DNA from: Octopus vulgaris
Lineage: Eukaryota
Length of the DNA stretch: 64,000 bases
Direction of reading: 5' to 3'
Assembly (NCBI GenBank): GCA_951406725.2
Contig: OX597824.1
Span: 9,982,001 to 10,046,000, forward strand
A model generated the notes under the pieces. The model had not been told where the DNA came from. It saw only the letters and a list, made by a program, of their open reading frames with translations, and searched no databases. A program made the translations under genes and the position numbers. This document shows, piece by piece, positions 60,478 to 64,000 of this stretch (the first letter of the stretch is position 1; the number at the start of each line of letters is the position of its first letter).

Positions 60478-60866
60478 ATAGTGTTGAACATAGGCCAGAC
60501 ATGTTGGCATAGGGGACTGTTCATTCTCTCAGGTAATGAATACTATCTTCTATGATTATTGTCATTAATGCAAGCCTGGTAAAAGAAATGGTTATTTTCT
60601 TTGAGTAAAAGCAAACCAACAACCTTTTTTGAAATACATACCACATGGAAAATTACTATACTTTCACCATTGCAATGAAACAATCTGGCATTAGGCTGCA
60701 TGAAAAGACTTAAAGAATATTGAGATAAGAAAAACCCAACAATCTCAAATTTTTCAGAAAAACAATTACTTTAATGGCTACATTTGTTAGGAAGAAATAT
60801 TCGACCTTACCAAGCAAAATCATTCAGCCAAAATATACAAATGATAATGTTCTTTTTCTTCTTCAG

Positions 60867-60907
60867 AAGCAGCTGAAAAAGCAGAGGCACCTTTGGATGT
60901 CCAGCCC
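60867..60907 (+). pseudogene. Duplicated copy of the 51-bp micro-exon that lost its donor to a SINE
   Basis: Matches 59999-60039, then SINE sequence. The original downstream intron sequence resumes at about 61388 (ACTGAAAGAATTAATTTCCTAA). Confidence 0.6.
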
Positions 60908-60942
60908 GTATGCGGGCGAAATGCTTAGCAGTATTTCATCTG

Positions 60943-61289
60943 GGTGAAGGTGCATGACTCAATGGTTAGAACGTCAAACTTACGATCGTGAGGTTGTGAG
61001 TTCGAATCCCGGACCAGACTGTGTGTTGCGTTCTTGAGCAAGACACTTTATTTCACGTTGCTCCAGTTCACTCAGCTGTAGAAATGAGTTGCAATGTCAC
61101 AGGTACCAAGCTGTATCGGCCGTTGCCTTTCCCTTGGATAACACTAGTGGCATGGAGAGGGGAGGCCAGTATGCATGGGCGACTGCTGGTCTTCCATAAA
61201 CAGCCTTGCCCAGACTTGTGACTAGGAGGGTAACTTTCTAGGTGCAATCCCATGGTCAGTGTCATGACCGAAGGGGGTCAACAACAACA
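60943..61289 (+). mobile_element. tRNA-derived SINE family 4 nested in a family-1 SINE
   Basis: B-box GTTCGAATCC, (CAA)n tail, 13-bp TSD AGTATTTCATCTG. Confidence 0.8.
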
Positions 61290-62410
61290 AGTATTTCATC
61301 TGCCATTATGTTCTGAGTTCAAATTCCGCTGAGGTTGACTTTGCCTTTCATCCTTTCGGGGTCGATAAATAAAGTACCAGTTACGCACTGAAAGAATTAA
61401 TTTCCTAAATACTCATTATATCGTGCACACCCACCATCATGATCATGTTGTTATTATGCTGCTGAAGCTGTTGCTGCTGCTGATGATGGTGGTGGTGGTG
61501 GTGGTGGCGGTGGCGGTGGTGGTGGTGGGGTGATGATGATGATGAAATTATTGTATACAGTGCTCAGGTGCACCACAACTTGTCAGAAAGTGCGTATAAA
61601 GCATATGCAGTAATGTACAAATGTCTGGGAAGCGAACAATGTATGAGTCAGATACATGCTTGTGTGTGTATGGAGGGGAGAAAATTAGGTGTAGTGTTGG
61701 CGAATCTCAGGAACCATGGAAGTTTTGAAGGATGCAGTGCTCCGACAACTAACAACTGATACCAGCAGTTTGTTCCATGCTTCAGCAACTCTTAGCATGA
61801 AAAAAATGTTTCCAAAGTCATGGGAGCTGTGCTGTTTTCTGACTTTGTAAACATGTCTACGGGTGTTAGACAGGTGGAGTTTGAAGAGGTGCTCAGAGTT
61901 ATTGTTAGTAAGATGGCTAATAATTTGTAAGACATAACAAAAATTCTCTGAGATTCTTTAGATGAATAGATACACATACTAGGGTGTATGTATTGACAGC
62001 CCAACCAACATACCAACTCAACCAACATACCAACTCAACTACATATCAACACCAGGAACTCTCTTAACTCAAAGTCTTGTCACCTTGTTAGTGACCAGCT
62101 TGAACTCTCTTAAAAAGAACCCAGTTTCCATCTACCAGATCAACTCACAAAGCTTTGGGATGCCCTGGGGCTATAGTAGAAGAGATTTGCCCAAGGTGTC
62201 ACACAGTGGAACTGAACCCAAAACCATATGGTTTAGGAACAAAGCATCTTAACCACACAGCCATACCTGTGTCTGTATATATGTTTGTGTGTGTGTGTGT
62301 GTGTGTGTAAATCCTTTGTTGCAAGGTATGAACTGAAAAAATGAAGGTATGTAAAAGTTGTTCTTCAATTGTTTTCTTTTCAATCTTTCTTCTTTCTTCT
62401 TCTTCTTTAG

Positions 62411-62521
62411 AAGCAGGTGATGTAGCCGTTGTTGAAGCAGGTGATGTAGCCGTTGTTGAAGCAGGTGATGAAGCCGTTGTTGAAGCAGGTGATGAAGCTA
62501 TTTATGTAGATACTAGCTCAG
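62411..62521 (+). CDS. Unknown acidic protein, copy B, 111-bp exon with internal 24-bp repeats; the gene probably continues right of the window
   Basis: TTTAG|EAGDVAVVEAGDVAVVEAGDEAVVEAGDEAIYVDTSS G|GTATG, paralog of 46195-46266. Confidence 0.6.
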
Positions 62522-63258
62522 GTATGTTTCTGAGAAAGTTAATTACTTGACTACTCGTGTTAATGGACAGAACTGTCAGTGCTGCGAAGAGATGTGCATG
62601 GGTGCATCTGCTTATGTGTGTGTATACAAACACATGCATCATCATCATCATCATCATCGTTTAACGTCCGTTCTCCATGCTAGCATGGGTTGGACAGTTC
62701 AACTGGGGTCTGGGAAGCCAGAAGGCTGCACCAGGCCCAGTCTGATCTGGCAATGTTTCTACAGCTGGATGCCCTTCCTAACGCCAACCACTCCGTGAGT
62801 GTAGTAGGTGCTTTTTATGTGCCACCTGCACAGGTGCCAGGCGAGGATGGCAACGGCCACTATCGGATTGGTGCATTTTACGTGCCACCGGCACGGAAGC
62901 AAGTCGAGGCGGCACTGGCTTCGGCCACGATTCGGATAGCATTTTTTATGTACCACCGGCACAGAAGCCAGTCTAGGCGATATTTATGTATACACACATG
63001 CGTATATTTATGTAGACACACATAGTGGAGACGCAATGGCCCAGTGGTTAGGGCAGTAGACTTGCAGTCATAGGATCGTGGTTTTGATTCCCAGACCGGG
63101 CATTGTGAATGTTTATTGAGCGAAAACACTTAATGCTCTATGAGGCTCCGGCAGAGGGTGGTGGCAAACCCTGCTGTACTCTTTCACCACACCTTCTCTC
63201 ACTCTTTCTCCCTGTTTCTGTTGTACCTGTATTTCAAAGGGCCAGCTTTGTCACACTC

Positions 63259-63290
<32 letters not shown>

Positions 63291-64000
63291 GTTTAACGTC
63301 CGCTTTCCATGCTAGCATGGGTTGGACGATTCTCTGAGGTCTGGCGAACCAGATGGCTGCACCAGACTCCAATCTTGATTTGGCAGAGTTTCTACAGCTG
63401 GATGCCCTTCCTAACGCCAACCACTCCAAGAGTGTAGTGGGTGCTTTTACTTGCCACCGGCATGAGGGCCAGTCAGGCGGTACTGGCAACGGCCATGCTC
63501 AAATGGTGTTTTTTATGTGCCACCTGCACAGGAGTCAGTCCAGCGGCACTGACAACGACCTCACTCGAATGTTTTTTCACATGCCACCAGCACAAGTGCC
63601 AGTAGTGCGACACAGCTAAATCTCCCAAGAACTGCATTCAAGGTACATGTGTCTGTGGAGTACTCATCCACTTGCACATTAATTTCATGAGCAGGCTGTT
63701 CCGTTGATCAGATCAACTGGAACCCTAGTCATCATAACCGACAGAGTGCCACAATACCCGCATACTGCATATCTATCTATACTTACCTAACACCTACATA
63801 CCCACATACATACATACATACATACATACAAACATACATATATATGTACATATATGCATGCATGCATACATACACCTACATTTATGTATATTAATTGAAG
63901 TGTACAGTATTATATATTCATTGTGGCTGATTTTAACAGTTGGTTTCACACTGGATACTAAACCAGATGTTAGATAATAGCATGGTTAAGAAATACCGCA

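Larger units (their letters stand above)
31453..63250 (+). repeat. Tandem segmental duplication: unit A about 31.5-46.4 kb, unit B about 46.4-63+ kb
   Basis: Collinear paralogous blocks: 32196/46809, 32302/47797, 34713/48269, 36852/50508, 39000/52220, 39440/54143, 41817/55935, 43175/58539, 44200/61545, 45910/62120, 46195/62411. Confidence 0.92.

Noticed and set aside
31453-63250. Duplication as an uncollapsed-haplotype assembly artefact
   Set aside because: Many unit-specific insertions, exon-level differences and a mechanistically sensible SINE junction argue that it is real, although long reads are needed for certainty.

Overview
AT-rich, intron-rich animal genomic DNA, most likely Octopus (inferred from the tRNA-derived SINE families and the dense (TA)n/(CA)n/(CAT)n microsatellites). 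Three conserved genes can be assembled by hand with GT-AG introns and consistent phases. These are DCAF5 (exon 1 only, minus strand), a complete 6-exon DCAF4 (minus, about 596 aa) and a complete 5-coding-exon RRP15 (plus, about 297 aa) lying head-to-head with DCAF4. The right half of the window is a ~15-16 kb tandem segmental duplication (about 31.5-46.4 kb versus 46.4-63+ kb) with its junction at a chimeric SINE. It copied the three 3' exons of RRP15 and the 5' part of an unrecognised, very acidic (Glu/Asp/Ala-rich) gene built from symmetrical phase-1 exons and micro-exons. The two halves of one hAT element, with a perfect 8-bp TSD, now bracket 16.3 kb. The upstream copy of the acidic gene could end by splicing into the duplicated RRP15 exon. 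The window also has several hammerhead-ribozyme-like motifs (Penelope/retrozyme type), a 220-bp loop-less foldback, Helitrons (one with 23-aa STPR-like repeats), Merlin-like, hAT, Tc1/mariner and piggyBac MITEs, CRE-, L2/CR1- and RTE-type LINE fragments, and many SINEs (only representative copies listed). Most short ORFs in the supplied track are repeat noise. All calls were made by eye, without database searches.
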